Of a DNA stretch of 64,000 bases, positions 29,401 through 44,215 are shown one piece after another. Numbering within the stretch: position 1 is the stretch's first letter; each line of letters starts with the position of its first letter. Position numbers and translations under genes: made by a program. Origin of the DNA: Podarcis tiliguerta (taxonomy: Eukaryota); the NCBI GenBank assembly GCA_965153285.1, contig OZ229112.1. One strand, given 5' to 3'. The notes beneath the pieces were generated by a model. It was not told the DNA's origin, did not search any database, and worked only from the letters and a program-made list of their open reading frames with translations.

Positions 29401-32400
29401 AAATGACCTGCAGTGGAATATATTCAGAGGAACGGATCAATTGCTGCCCAGCATGATCCAACAGAGGCACAAAGGTTCAGTGTGATTTTGATGCCGACTT
29501 TATTTTGCAGCATGATTACCACTTTTCCGTGGTTAACTCCCAGGTTGCATTGGTAATCTCTGAATTTTGAAATCACATATGTTGCTAGATCTGATGGAGG
29601 TAGATCGCTGGCATCATGACAAGCTTTCATGCGATGGATCACAGCATGAAGGAAGACCCATATGTTGTGGAACCTCTTTATAAAGGCCAGTGGAGTATAG
29701 TTCCACAGTAACAACTGCATAACAAATCCTTGGTGGTCATTCCAGCTCTTGACCTCAGGTGTAAAGAATTGAGGGTTGCAACGAAATAATGGCAAGTGTG
29801 AAGCTGCTGTCTGCCCCCTTAGCCTCAATAGAAAATACATGTGTGTGCAGAATATTTTAAAAGCTTTTATATCTTAATAATCCTTTGTTTGTTTGTTTTT
29901 ACTGTAGGGTGCTCGTGGTCTTGATGGTGATCCTGGTCCCCGGGGTCTTCCTGGGCCCCCGGTAAGTTTCTTTGTCTTATCAGCAAGACCTCAAAGGAGG
30001 ATTCACAATTAAGCACATTAGGGCGGCTACTCTGGCATTCACATTTCAGGAGTGCCTATCTCAGTTTTCATTCTTTTAAAAAAACCTACATACAGTAAAT
30101 CTCAATCTCTTGTTCTCAGGCACATGAGTTTGGCGTGTGTGGTGGAATTGGCTGGCCTGTAATAATAAATATATTAAATAATGTAAAGATTGTCAGGATA
30201 CCAAAGTATTACTCGCCCACAGAGGTGGCTGCATACTCTGTCGCTGCACGATTCATTGCTTTTTTCTTTTCCTCTTTGCTACCAGCCTCTGCTGGGAATG
30301 AGCTGTTGTTGTGCTGACTGTTCAGTATAGCTAATTGGATCATTCAGTTATTCCTGATGGGAGGGATTGTGGCACATTGGTAGATCACATGCTTTGTATG
30401 CAGGGAGTTCCAGGTTCAAACCCTGGCATTTCCAGGTAGGGCTTGGGTCGACTCACTGCCTGAGTGATGAGGAGAGTTGCTCCTCATCACTGTCGCAGTG
30501 GTGAGCTGGATGGACCAATTGTCCGACTCAGTACAGTGGTACCTCATTTCCGAACGTCTCCTTTGACAGACATTTCGGTTTTCAAACACTGTAAACCCAG
30601 AAGTAAATGCTTCGGTTTTTGAATGCGCCTCAGAAGTTGAAAATGCCTCACGGCTTCCGCTTAGTGCAAGATCCTGAGGCCTAGCTGTCGGCTTTTGGGT
30701 TTTTGGTTTTTGAACGTTCCAGAACTCAAAATGGTTTTCCGGAACGGATTGCATTCGAAAACAGAGGTACCACTGTATAAGGAAGCTGCCTACATTCCTG
30801 GGTTGATGCAGAGATAAAACAGAATTTCCCACTCCCAGAGGAGGATTGCCTGCTGTACCTCTGCATGTCATTATACTTGTCTCACCTCCTTCCAGTCCAG
30901 AGGTACTCTCAGAATAGTGTCTCACACAGAAACAGAGTGGGAGAAGTGAGGTCAGCCAGAGCCCCTCGTGATCTTAAATTGGGGCCATCTTTTATAAAGT
31001 TAGTTATTCCCACATGGGATTTTCATACAGTCCATGTGGAAACATCAAATTCAATTTTCTCTGTTCTTCAAGAAGATAGCAGGAATGAGTTTTCAGTAGT
31101 ATGAGACATTGGGAGTACCTTAAATGAGGTGTTTATGTTTGTGATGCATAAGTATAAAATGATGATGGATATTTTGTATAAAATAAGATACCATTGTCTT
31201 TTATGTCTTCACATGTAAACGTAACCATTTCATGACCGGCTTATTGTTTCAGTTGTGTTTTAAATTATGAGCCCTATTTCACCTAGGAAATCCTTACTGA
31301 GGGTGCAGTAAAACTCCTGAAGCAATTGACACATAGCTAAAGAAGACCAGAATTTCAAAGCCCTACTTTCTGTCTGTCTGAATGATTTCTAGGCTGTCTT
31401 TCAATGTAAAACTCCCACGGCGGTATGCAATCTATAATTTAAAAAGTAACAGTAAAATAGTATACAAAACAAATATATAAGCACAGAAACTACAGCCATA
31501 AAAACTAATAAAATCTAGTAGAGTGCCATAAAACCAGAAACAGTTATCAAACATGCTGAAATAGCTACTCAAATAAAAAGGCTCCCAAAGAACAAAAGGT
31601 TTAGTGGCTGGCAAGTTTCCCTGAGGAAGTCTTTTATATATATAGATGTGCTTCCCCCGAATGCATTTATAAGCTTTTGGGATTTACAGTAAGCTAAAGA
31701 TTGGCTTGGCTTTGATATTTCCCCGTCGTCCAAGAATGAGGGACAATGACACACAATCAATTCACCCTTGTCTAAGAAATGGCCCTTCTTGACCTGTTAT
31801 CTTGAGGCTTACATCATAATATGCAGTTACAGTAACTCTTTAGAAACATGGGAATTTACCTTGCCTTTAGCCATCATCGTTCACATAACTTTTATTTAAT
31901 TATGACAAGGAATTGCCAGTTAATGTGCTTAACATTTCTTTGCAGGGCGATCAAGGACAAAGAGGTTCATTGGGAGAGGCAGGCCCCAAAGGCGAAAGAG
32001 TGAGTTCTTATTGAGTTCCAGTGGATGACTAACTAAAAATGTACCATTGATACCACAAAACTACCAGGCCCTCTGCCTGGTTCCCTGTAACCTCACTTCT
32101 CGCAGTGAGGGAACTGCTAGAAGGCCATCAGAGCTGGACCTCAGTGTCCAGGCTGAAGGATGGGGGTGGAGATGCTCCTTCAGATATAGTGGGCTGAGGC
32201 TTTTTAGGGATGTAAAGGTCAGCACCAACACTTTGAATTGTGCTCGGAAACATACTGTGAGATAATGTAGATTTTTCAGGACCTGTGTTATATGGTCTTG
32301 GCAGCCACTCCCAGTCACCAGTCTTAGCTGCCGCATTCTGGATTAATTGCAGTTTCCGGGTCACCTTCAAAGGTAGCCCACCATAGAGTGCATTGCAGTA

Positions 32401-35400
32401 GTCCAAGCAGGTGATGACTAGATAACTAAGGGCCTTGTTTCCATACAATGCGAGCCTGACCTTGGGCCTTTGGCTCGAACACTTCCCATTCTCCCCTCCT
32501 CCCATGCCACTGGAAAGAGGTGTAAACTGCGATTCAGTTTCACTTTCTATGATTTCTGGCTTGTTAGATGTGAAGCAGAAATTGTGGTGTAAAATGAACT
32601 CGGTTGCAAAACAACTCAGCTTCAAGCCATGGGTTAGGAAATGAGTTTGTTTTAATAAAGTAGAATTTATTTTCAACCACAGTTTCTGGAATCATGGAAA
32701 GGGAACAATAAAATTGTAGAGTTGGAAGGGACCAGAAGGATCATCTGTTCCAATTGCCTGCAATGCTGGAATCATTTACCCAATGTTGGGCTTGAACCCA
32801 TGACTCTGGGATAAAGACTCTTGTGCTCTACTGACTGAGCTATCCCCAAGCACAAATGAATTCCTCTTCCAAGTGGAGAGAGGAAGGGGTGCCCTTGACC
32901 ACGTAGCATTACATGTGAATTGCCCCATTGTGTGCACGAACATTAAAATAAAATGGGAATAAGGTAGTTTAATACTAATACACTTGACTTAAGTTATTCA
33001 AGAGGAGGCATTCACCTTGCTTCATTCAAGTGTGTGTCCCTTAATATGACTATAATGTTCAATATGCTTTAATTTTCTTCCTTTTTCTTAGGGTCCTGAA
33101 GGTGTTAGAGGAATTAGTGGTCTTCCTGGGCCTAAAGGAGAAAGTGTACGTATAGTGTGATTATTATTAATCGTAGCGTTTGTAATTTACATTGCTATCA
33201 TGTATTATGAAACAAGTGTGATTTACATAACGGCAACGTGTTACACAAGATTTTACTTCTTTCTCAAGGGCTTACCGGGAGTTGATGGCCGTGAAGGGAT
33301 CCCTGCCATGCCAGGAGCAAAGGTACTTAATTCATCGTGCTGTTTAATTTATATTTTTGAAACGAACTGCTCACTTCCATATTGTGTGGATTAGGAGCGA
33401 AAATCACAGAGAATCAGTGCAGATTAGCTGAACTGATAGAAAACAGAATTATTAGTTATGATTAGCGATATTATCTCTATGGATCCTGCATATTCAGATA
33501 ACGGTGACTGGTGTCTCCAAAGAATAAGAGTCTGCCCCATCAAGTTGCTCCTAATACGGTGTCTCTTGATCCCGCCCACAACTCCTCCCACCTTCCCTAT
33601 ACCAGCTCTGCCAATGGAAGCCCCTCCTCCCATGCCAGTGGGCGCCATGATGATAGCTAAGTGGAACTTCTGTGAGAGGTGTGGCGAACCTTTGGCCCTA
33701 CCATTGTTGGTGAACTGCTAACTCCCATCAGACCTAGCAGACATGGCCATTGGCCAGGGAAGCTGAGAGCTGTACTGCAGACTGTGCTCAGCTAGGACCA
33801 CCAAGTTTAAGGGAGTGTCCTTTGTTCTGGCACTTTGGTCTAACCAGCAGCTACCTCCTTATGTTCTAATGGAGCAGTCAAATGCCAAATTACCACTTGT
33901 GTCACACATTCATGAAAGGAATCCTTCACATATATGCCTCCACCAATTAAACCCCCCCCCCATTTATTTCCCATTTAATTAAGGTAATTCATTGCTAACA
34001 TTCATTTCCCTTCATATTGAAATGCCCAATTTTCTCCCCTTGATTGGACATGGTAGCTCTCCAGTCTTTGGGGTTTGCACGCAGGGCTGCCTCACGGGGA
34101 GCCATGTCCTTAGTGAGCCCCAGATGTTGATGCTGTTCAAGATGCCAAACCAGTCAGATCTCCACTTAAAGAGGTGGGACATGCAGAAAGCAGAAGTGTA
34201 CTAGTTAAATGATATGAATGAGCCACTTTTGTCAATGGTGAGCCAGTCTCCTTCTGCTCCTACTGCATCTTCATGAAGAACACGACATTCACTCAAGTTG
34301 CACCTAGCATTATCTGTGGGTGTAAGCAGAGAGCAAACCTTATTTGCCTCTTTTGTGCACCCATACTGGCCGGCTGAGTCTTTGGGTTAACTCCCAAGTA
34401 CTATCAAGTTGTGAACAACAGTGATATTACATTCCCATAAGTTAGCAGTTTGGAAAAGGATGCCACAGTATTTTTTTTTTTAAAAAGATACTAACTTGTT
34501 CATTTGGGCTTTTTTCTGAATAGCAAACAAGCAGACAGTTTGTACTACAACGGTTTTCATTTGATTGATGCAAACATTTCCTTCCAGGGCGAACCAGGAA
34601 AACCAGGCCCTCCAGGTGATATAGGAGTTCAGGGACTGCCAGTAAGTATTCTGTGCACTTTAAATGTAAAACATAGTTAAATTTCCAATCCAGACTGAAG
34701 CTTATTAAGCCTTCATTTTCTGTAATGACAGGAATAGTGAGAGGCTGGGGGAAACCATGAGGAGTGGAGCCTTTAAAAATTAGGGTGTTGGTAGCATGAT
34801 TCAGTTTTACTGGGATGATCCTGTTTGTGTTACTTGCATACGGAAAGGGTAGGTTCCAGGATTGTCATAGAAGCTTTAGAGGGCACCCAAGCTAGGAAGC
34901 TAGATAAAAATGTTGATGTCTCTCTTTAAGAGAATAGAACACGCCCACTTCCTCACCATTTCACCAAGGTGCAGCCCCGCCATGCTGTCCCCCACTGCTC
35001 CACCCAGAGACAACTAATTCTAGTGCATCTATGCAACATGATGACATCATTCCTGTAAGCATATTATGGCTGTGCTGAAGTGCATGTCAAAGACTGTTTG
35101 GCTCCTGAAGTTTTCCTACATCTTTTGTAATGTATAGCATAGATTAGTTGCATGTACTACTATCAAAATTTATTATTTTCTTTATTCAGAAGACCACTTA
35201 ACCACAATCTCTTGCTCTCATTCCAATTCCTTGTGCCTCACTATATTCCTAAGGTGGGATGAAACCATAAGAAAACCAATAGATCAATCAAATCAGATAG
35301 TCGCTGTTGCTGAAAACTGGCCTCTGGTATGAAAATCAATGTGTTTTCATAGCATGCTTTTAGGAACCAACTTAAGCATGTGCTTAAAGAGTATTCCATG

Positions 35401-38400
35401 TCCTTTGGAGGGAGAAGGTTAATTATGTTGGCACTAGTTTGGGGTGGTTTTTTTAATGGATTTTGGCTCCGTTGAGACATGCTTGTAAAAAGTCCAATAT
35501 AATTCACTTGGTGACATAGCTTGGCAAAAAGAAACAGTTCCCAACACTACGGGAGACACTCCTCCAATACAGACCATAATTGCCCGAGGGAGCAAGGAAT
35601 ATTTGCACCTTTTAAGTACATAGAACATTACAAACATTTTAAGGCAATGTGTTTTCTTTGTTTTGTTTTAGGGTTTACCAGGGTCTCCCGGAGCAAAAGG
35701 TGTTGCTGGACCACAGGTAAAGTACGGTATTCTAGACAATCTGGGAAAGACTCCAGGTGTATTTTTTAATTATTATTCCACTCTTTCTCCAAGATAGTGG
35801 CACCTATTGTGACGTGGCTAATTCTCTTTGTCTCCCAACAGGGAAATGCAGGTCCTCCCGGGATACCTGGCTTGATGGGGAATTCGGGTAAACCTGTAAG
35901 CTCCTTTCTTTCTCCAGTTTCATTTTATTTTTTACTAACACTTGCGCATTTTGTGCAGAATCAGTTTTAAAGCACGTTCTATTCTTGTGTTCATGTTAAA
36001 CAGGGAGAACAGGGGCCACAGGGAGAAAAAGGGCCCATCGGACCCAGAGGCCCATCGGTAAGTACTTGTTCTGCTCTATCTTCAGGTTCTGAGATTTCAG
36101 TTATAGGCCAATGATGCAGGAGACAAGGTCTGCACAAAAGCTGCTTGTGTTATTTGCCTGTGACGTAAACTCTTTTAGCTTTCACATCAATTTCTTCCAG
36201 TCCCAAATTAGCTGTGCACATTTGCCGAGTCATAATGCAAATAAACTCAGCTCGATATTCCTTAGTGAGTTAAACACTCCAGCCAAAACCATGAAACATG
36301 TAAGTAGAATTATATATGATAAGCTGAACACTAGTCTACAGATCCACGTCATGCAGAGCTTTCATGGTCCCTAGAGGGACTGAAGACCCTTGCACACTAT
36401 GCCACAAGTTGTGGGATTCTTTTTGGTTCTTCTGTTGTGAACTGAGGATGAATTTCAGCTGCACTGCATGAGGTCTTAGCCATTGTTTATGACATAATTG
36501 GAACCCTCTCAAGAACCAGTCCCTAGGTCAACCTAAGGGTCAACTAAGAGTCAACCTCTCAGCTACACCACTGTGTCCAGACTTCATTCAAAATGTTTGG
36601 TGCTGCCACCTACTGTGTTAGACAGAGAAGTAGGGTGCCCCTTTTATATTTTATTACCCCATGGAATAATAATATAGACATTATCCTATATATTGGACAT
36701 AATACATATATGTTTAATTATACATTAATCATTTACCCCATGAATATCTTTGAATATACTAGTACCTATAATTTTACATAATACATAACTGTTTATTGTA
36801 CATAATATTATATACCATACGACTTTTAAATATGCATTATTAGCTCATTTATCTAATTTAAGAATGTTATGTCTATCTCATGCATTATTGTAAACACTCA
36901 TGAATATCCATTAATCAATACCATCCATAATCTTACATTCAGACATTACCTGAAATATCTCTCATCAACGTGGAAGTGCATTTTACACCTGGTTATATAT
37001 CAATCTAGCATATCACATGAGAATCATCAGCCCCTATATATAAGGCCCTCCCCCTCTAGTATCACGTCCATACTTGTGGGCCATGGCTTGATCCAAGGTA
37101 GGTCAAAACAGGAGCACCTCTACCATGCAAATGTATGGTACAAGATTAAGAAATGGGTCCTCAAATGCATGTTTGGGTTAAAAGTGGGTTCTGGGCCTGA
37201 AAAGGTTGAAGATACTTGATCTACACTAAACACAAAGGGTGAGATACATTTCTTTGGAAACCACATAGACCAATACACAGGCACAATTTCAAACCTAGTA
37301 TGCAAGTGTTCTAATGAAACCCACTTTCTGGAATATGTGCTAGTAACATCACAGGTTCACTAAATGGTGTTATATAATCCTCCCTGCCGGGACTGTTAAT
37401 ACAGGCTTGCAGCAGGGATTCTTCTTACCCAAATGAAGAAAGGCAATGGGGGATCAAAAGTGAAGTATACTTAAGGAGACAGTGCACTATTCCTGAACAC
37501 AGAACACTGAAAATGTGGCAGTGGATTTGGGGAATACTGCTTGCCATCTTTCTGAAAACCGTTGTGCTCCATGCAAAACTGAGTTGCATAGAGTAATAAC
37601 TACCAAAGTCAAGGGATTATTCCTTTGCTTTATCTTTCAGCTCTGGCTAGTGACACAATAATTTCATATCCCCCCCCCCCCCCCGAAAAACACTTTATTT
37701 GCAAAAATTGCAAACTCTTGGTGACTTTGAGCAGAACTTGTTTGGCTATTTCCCAAATTCCTTTCTCTAAACTGATGCCGTGCTGAATGTTTTTGGACAG
37801 CTCTTGGTTAATAAAGAACAGGGTAGTTCCTTAACCGGATAATGCAAGATAATCTTCTAAACTATGTTTTTAATCCTGTAAAATGCAACTAAGGGTTTAT
37901 AAAATCAGCAGTGCATAGAAACCGGAGCTACCATACTGTGTTAATTATTAACCATCCCCACTGCAATCTCTGGAAGCAGTTCAGATTAGACTCTGAAAGT
38001 TCTAGTTCTAGTGACCAGCATGACATCTGCTAGATTTCTGTAAACTAATAATGGTTTGCATAAGCTGATAGATGTGCAAAACATTCTATAAATCATGCTT
38101 TCAATGAGAAACGTGGGGGAAACACTGCTTTACACATTAGTTTACACCGATTGTTTCGTTATATCTATAAATTTACAAATCGTTCTTAACCATACAGTGC
38201 TACCTCAGGTTACAGATGCTTCAGGTTACAGACTCCGCTAACCCAGAAATAGTACCTCGGGTTAAGGACTTTGCTTCAGGATGAGAACAGAAATCGCGCT
38301 TCGGTGGCACAGCGGCAGTGGGAGGCCCCATTAGCTAAAGTGGTACCTCAGGTTAAGAACAGTTTCAGGTTAAGAACGGACCTCCAGAACGAATTAAGTT

Positions 38401-41400
38401 CTTAACCCAAGGTACCACTGCACTTACTTGGAAGCTAGACTTCATTTCAATGGGGCCCACTCACAAGTAACTAAACTACTATAAGTTTACAGCCATTCAG
38501 CCCAGTATGGTTAACTTAGAAGCAAGTCCCATTATGGTCAATGGAGCTTCTTACTCCCAGAGAAGAGCGCCTAGGATTGTAGCCTTAGGGTCAAACTGCA
38601 CATCATGCTTAATGCATGATAGGCTGCTATTTCTCTTGCTTTTCTTAAATTAAGTAGTTCTCAAGAGTGTAGCATGCAGGGAGGGTAAGTGTTTCTTTTC
38701 CCAGCATCCCCAAACTCAGTGTACTTACAAAGTTTAGTAAAAAGTTCACATTCTATATTAAAAAGTCGTCATTCTTGATTTCTTATTCTTCCAGTAAGTT
38801 TCACCATTTCTGCGTTTTTCATTAATTTTAGTTGCCAATCTTCTTTAGTTGGAACTGCTGCTTCTTTCCATCCCATCCCTGGGCATATACAGTGGTACCT
38901 CTGGTTACGAACTTAATTCGTTCCGGAGGTCCGTTCTTAACCTGAAATCGCTCTTAACCTGAGGCGCCACTTTAGCTAATGGGGCCTCCTGCTGCCGCTG
39001 CACCGCCGCCGTGCGATTTCTGTTCTCATCCTGAGGTAAAGTTCTTAACCCGAGGTACTACTTCCGGGTTAGCGGAGTCTGTAACCCGAAGTGTTTGTAA
39101 CCCGAGGTGTTTGTAGCCCAAGGTACCACTGTATCATTCTAGCTGCTGTGGTATCTTACAAAAATAATTTCCTTTGTTCTCTTGGTACCTCTGAACCCAA
39201 AATTCCTATAAAAAGTGCAGTTTGACTCCTAGTCTGCGTGCATCTCCTCAACAACCTGATCAACAGAACTATCAACTTTCACCAAGTACTTGATCGGTAC
39301 CTGGTTCATGGTAACATGATTGGCCAACCGCTTGAACCGCTATACTTTCACTTAATTTGATCTAGCTTCCTTCGGAGCAATAGAACTATCTTCCCAATTG
39401 TTATGATCTGCTGTACAAGGGGAAAAGAACACGGATAAGATCAAGCCTTTGAATCACTGTAATGGCACAAGTCAGGGTACTGCAATCTTACAGCCAAACT
39501 TCCTATATCTTAATGTTATAGATCAAAACGTATTAATAAAACATGTATTTCATTGTTCTTTTTACCAGTTGACTTGAAGCTTTGCTTCGCACACACATTA
39601 TGGAAATTGGTCTATATGATTATCACACTTCATTTCTGGTTAAAATCTTTGAAAGCTTTCCTTTTATGCTAAATTGCTCCAGAGTCTCAATTTTTAAACT
39701 TCAAAGTGTCAGACATAATCAGTGATAATGCTTTTTTTTTAAAAAAAAAGAATCAGCAGCAGTAGTGGTATAAGCAGATTATTTGTGCTCAGTTGGGCAC
39801 AATGGCCCATTCTTGGCCTCACTCTGCTAGTCTTTGCCAGTCCTTTTCCTCCATTGTTTCCACTCTGTTATTTAGCAGAGATGTTATATATGGATCAGAT
39901 GTGCACCTTCCCCCAAAAGCAAGATGGCTATGCTGTTAAAATGGAGATATTTTGCAGTTCTTATGGACAATGATGTTGTTGTTTAGTCGTCTTAGTCGTG
40001 TTCAACTCTCCTTGACCCCATGAAACAGAGCATGAAAAAGCTTCTCCTTTTTTATGTCCATGGAGTTTTCTTGGCAAAATACTGGAGTTGCTTGCCAGTT
40101 CCTTCTCCAGGTGGATCACATTTAGTCTAAACTCTCGGTTATGACCTGTCCATCTTAGGTGGCCCTGCACGGCATAGCTCATAGCTTCTTGGAGTTATTC
40201 AAGCCCCTTCACCACGACAAGGCGATGAAGGGGCTTTTGGACAATACAGTACTTCAGTTTGGACTTTGATGAGGCTTCACAGGAACGGGGCATCACCATA
40301 GTGGGACAGCTACCAAGAGCACCTCTCTGAGTACCCTCTCACAGTTGGAAGGTACCACACTGATGGACTGAGTGCTCTTGCTTCAATTTTAAAAGTGTAT
40401 TTAAAAAACAAAAGGCACCTCAAATTGTGCCCAGAAACTGGGGGCTGAGGAGAGGGAGATAAACATATATAGCCCACTATATGCCAGGGACAAATGTGGC
40501 AAGAAGCTGCTACTTTGCAGTCAAGAGTCCAGTGGCCTAAAAGTTATGCTCAGTATTCCTTTCCCACCTGTAAACAATAACTGGAAAGCCTACATGCATG
40601 CTTGCTATCCTGCATGTTCATCCTTCCTGGGATGTTCTCAGAGCACCTTCCCTCTAAACTGAAAAGCTCCAAATGTTGTAACCATTCCTGAAGTGAGGTG
40701 ACCAGAATTAGGGTTGCACCATAGATGTGTACAATGCCGTTACGAAAACGGCAGTTTTGTTTTCAAACCTTTCCCTAAAGATCCCAAGACAAGCATTGTG
40801 ATGCAGATGCATATCTAGATGTGCATTACCTCCTTATTGGCTGTGCAAGAAAAAGACCCTGGCCCTCTTCAGTAGGGCAGCTAGGTGTAGACTTTTGACA
40901 CCTGAAGAACAGATGTTCAGATTTGATGCCACAACAATGGTTTGGTGCTATGCGAATGAACATGGAACACACTCATATGATCTCTCCTCATCTTGAGCAC
41001 GGTGATCTCTCTGGTTTGTATTAAATTGAAGGAGAGAGCATAGAAGCCCAAGGCTTCTAGTAGCCAACTGTACTTAGACCCTCATACCATGGGTTCACAT
41101 TCATGTGAATTGTCAACCTGAAACAAGTTCACACAATGTGCAGCATTACAAAATGAGATTTTCCTAACTGAAACACGAAAAGATGTGAGCATATAATAGA
41201 TTTTTTTAAAAAGCACATTAAACTGTAACTGCTAGCCTGAGCACCCTAATTTTCCCTACCAAAAATATTAGTTTTTGCAATTGCATATCTTATGGTGATA
41301 AACATAAGAAGTGGTTTTCAATTTGTTCTAATTTTAATTATGTTCACGTGAATCTGCATCTAGAGGCATGTTCAATAATCATGTTACAAAAGTAACTAAA

Positions 41401-44184
41401 TGGAGCTAAATTTGTGGAGAAGATTAATTAATTTTCTGGGTCACCTGAAGGTTTTTTTCCAAGCCTTTCTAAAAGCTTCTCATGTTAATGCCATAAGAAT
41501 TTTATAGAAGCAGTGACTGGAAACTTACCCAGTTCTGAGTTCTTTTGATCCCTCCAGGATACTCAATTATTTTCCAGTAAGTTTCCCTGCTTTGCTTTGC
41601 TTGAAAAGCCATTTCATGCAATTTTGAGATGTGGCATAACATGTGTTTCATATGTAGCTTCATCTTTTAATTGCTCCGCAACCTGTTGTGTTACAGTTTC
41701 CTTACCAGAATATTAACATGAAAGCTAGAATTACACCTACCCACAGTGTTTCATGTTAAGTCAGTTCCGATGATGTATCACTGTTGTCAGATTATGCACA
41801 CACTCATCTAACTGGTTGATAAACTTACCTTTAAAAGTGATACAGTAAGAAAGTAATAAGAGCCTGCTGGATCAAGTCAGTGGGCCATCTCATCCAGCAT
41901 CCTGTTCTCACAGTGGCCAAGGCGATTCCTCAAGGAAACTTGCAAGCAGAACATGGGCAGAAAAGCACTCCTACCACCCACAGTTTCCAGCAACTGGTAT
42001 TTAACCATGGGAACCGAGCATCCTCTATGAAGAGATATTAGGCTGCTCATACCTGAAGACTCACACATGAGCATATGAGTGTGTGCTTGTCCTTCCAGAG
42101 GAGATACATGTGTGTTTATGATGCAGAATGAAATGGTAGTATTAGAAGCTACCTTCTTCTAAGTCGGTATTTTGCTTTTTAGCTGACTATAAATATATAT
42201 ATATATTAAGTAAGCATTAATGAAACGATTCTTCATTTTGCTGCCAGAAAATGCTTTAACAATGCCTCCTTGTTTTCTCAAAGGGTAGCAGAGGTGAGCT
42301 GGGTCCTGCTGGCCCTCCAGGTCCGCCAGGTAAAATGGTAAGCAGCCAGTGTCTACTCCCATCAAATTCATTTTTATTTTTCCAAGAGCTTATGGTTTCC
42401 CCTTAGGATCCGTAGCAATCTAGCAGTTTATGCAAGAAGCTGAAGATGAAACATGAATACAATCATTGTTGCTTTCCCTCTTCCCAGCTTGTGACTCTGC
42501 TAAGACCCACATTTTCTTATTTGAATTCTGTAAAATTCTACTGGGAACACATCATTTTTAATGCAGTACTGTGAGTAAGAAAAGTGGATATCTCTCTTTG
42601 TGTATTGCCTTAAGATGGTGAAGTTAGCTGTCGCTTGTGTTATTAATTTAAAAAGGAGCAGGAATAATGAAAGGCTAGTTTTTTCTTTTTCCTTTCCTGC
42701 TAGCAGCTATCTGGCATTAATGACTACTGAGCGTGAATGCCTTCTTTGAAATGACTCAATCTTCATTTGCATGGTTTCTGCTCGAAGGGCAGCCTGGCTA
42801 TTTGGGAACTGAAAGAGCTCCCTGTTAGAGAGGAAGGGTTGAGGAATTACAGCAGCATCCCTCATAAAGGCACAAATATTTTAGCAGATGTATTAAAAGT
42901 CTAGGAACTGCTGTTTTCTGGCTGCAGTAGATTATAGCAAACTGTCAGCAACAATTTAGCAGAGTCTATGGTTCAGAAAGAAAGCACACAGCCGGCTGTT
43001 CTTATTACTCTCCATAGGGAAAGTGTAATGTGCTTCTCAGAGGCTGGGTCTCTTTATCAATGGGTCTTTTGTTTAGTCTAAAAATTAACCTAAGAATCTG
43101 CCATCTTTGTTTCCACAGGGTGGCGAAGGTGACATAGGCCTCCCAGGTTTACCTGGGCCTCCAGGATTGCCTGGTGCTAAAGGTGACAGGGTAAGCATAC
43201 GATTTGCCATAAGGAATTGCTGCAGCTACTCTTGGTCTAATTATTTTCTGAAGCCACTTAAAGAGGGGAGGAGTTAAGAACTACCAATATTGCAGGGGTG
43301 GGGAATCTGGGAGCCTTCTCGACGTTGTTGGACTCTTAACTCAAACCCATCCAACATGGTTCACGGTCAGGGATGACAGGTTGTTGTCCAAAATCTAGAG
43401 GGCCAAAGGTATCCCTGCCCTGAATTGTTATGTATAGGTTTCTGCCCTCAGGTCTGTGAAAACTGTTGTGGTGTGTAGCCAACAAGTTCCTCACCACTAC
43501 CAGCACACACACCTTGGTGTGTTTTTTTTACCCTTCACCCCACCTTTGCTGATGTCCACTAAAAATTCCTCCTGATATTACTGCAACTATCTTAATTGAA
43601 ATCCTTACTTTAATTAAGGCCCCCCACTTCCAGTCACGCTATGACCGACGTAAAATTGAGCCTAAGAAGGGAAACTGTTCACCTTATTAGAACCCCAGTT
43701 CCACCCTATGCTGCTGCTGCTTCATAGGTGCCAATTCTATAGGGCTGAGGTGTCTTCAGCCTGCCCCGTCCCCCAAGTCTGCTGGGACAGGACTGAGCCC
43801 CCTCCCCAACCTTGCAGCACTGGTCCTCGCTTGGGTAGTGGCAGGTCTTGCCGGGCCTTGCTTGGGTGGCAGTGGTCCTCACTAGGCCTCCTCCTGAAGT
43901 GCAGCGCTCGATGCACAAGATGGCCACTGCAATTTTGGGTGGAACTTGGTGCCTCTGTACCCCTTTGATTGTTGCTAAGGGTTTTCCAGATTATTTCTGA
44001 GGTTGTGTTTTTCTTCTGCTCATCAGAGATCTCTCCCCTGCCCTTTCCCACTCAAGCCTCCAGTCTTTTCCTTTTGCACCCCTGGGTAATTTTAGCTTTC
44101 ACATTCAAAGTCGCTGGTTGCTTAGTTAGCAAATTAAGGAAAAATCTTAGCTCTGACTTGATTGTGAAGAAGATCATTCTCTCT

Positions 44185-44215
<31 letters not shown>

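Noticed and set aside
41760-41816. Possible intronic C/D snoRNA (terminal cagtt/aactg stem, ATGATG)
   Set aside because: No CTGA D box near the 3' end and too short
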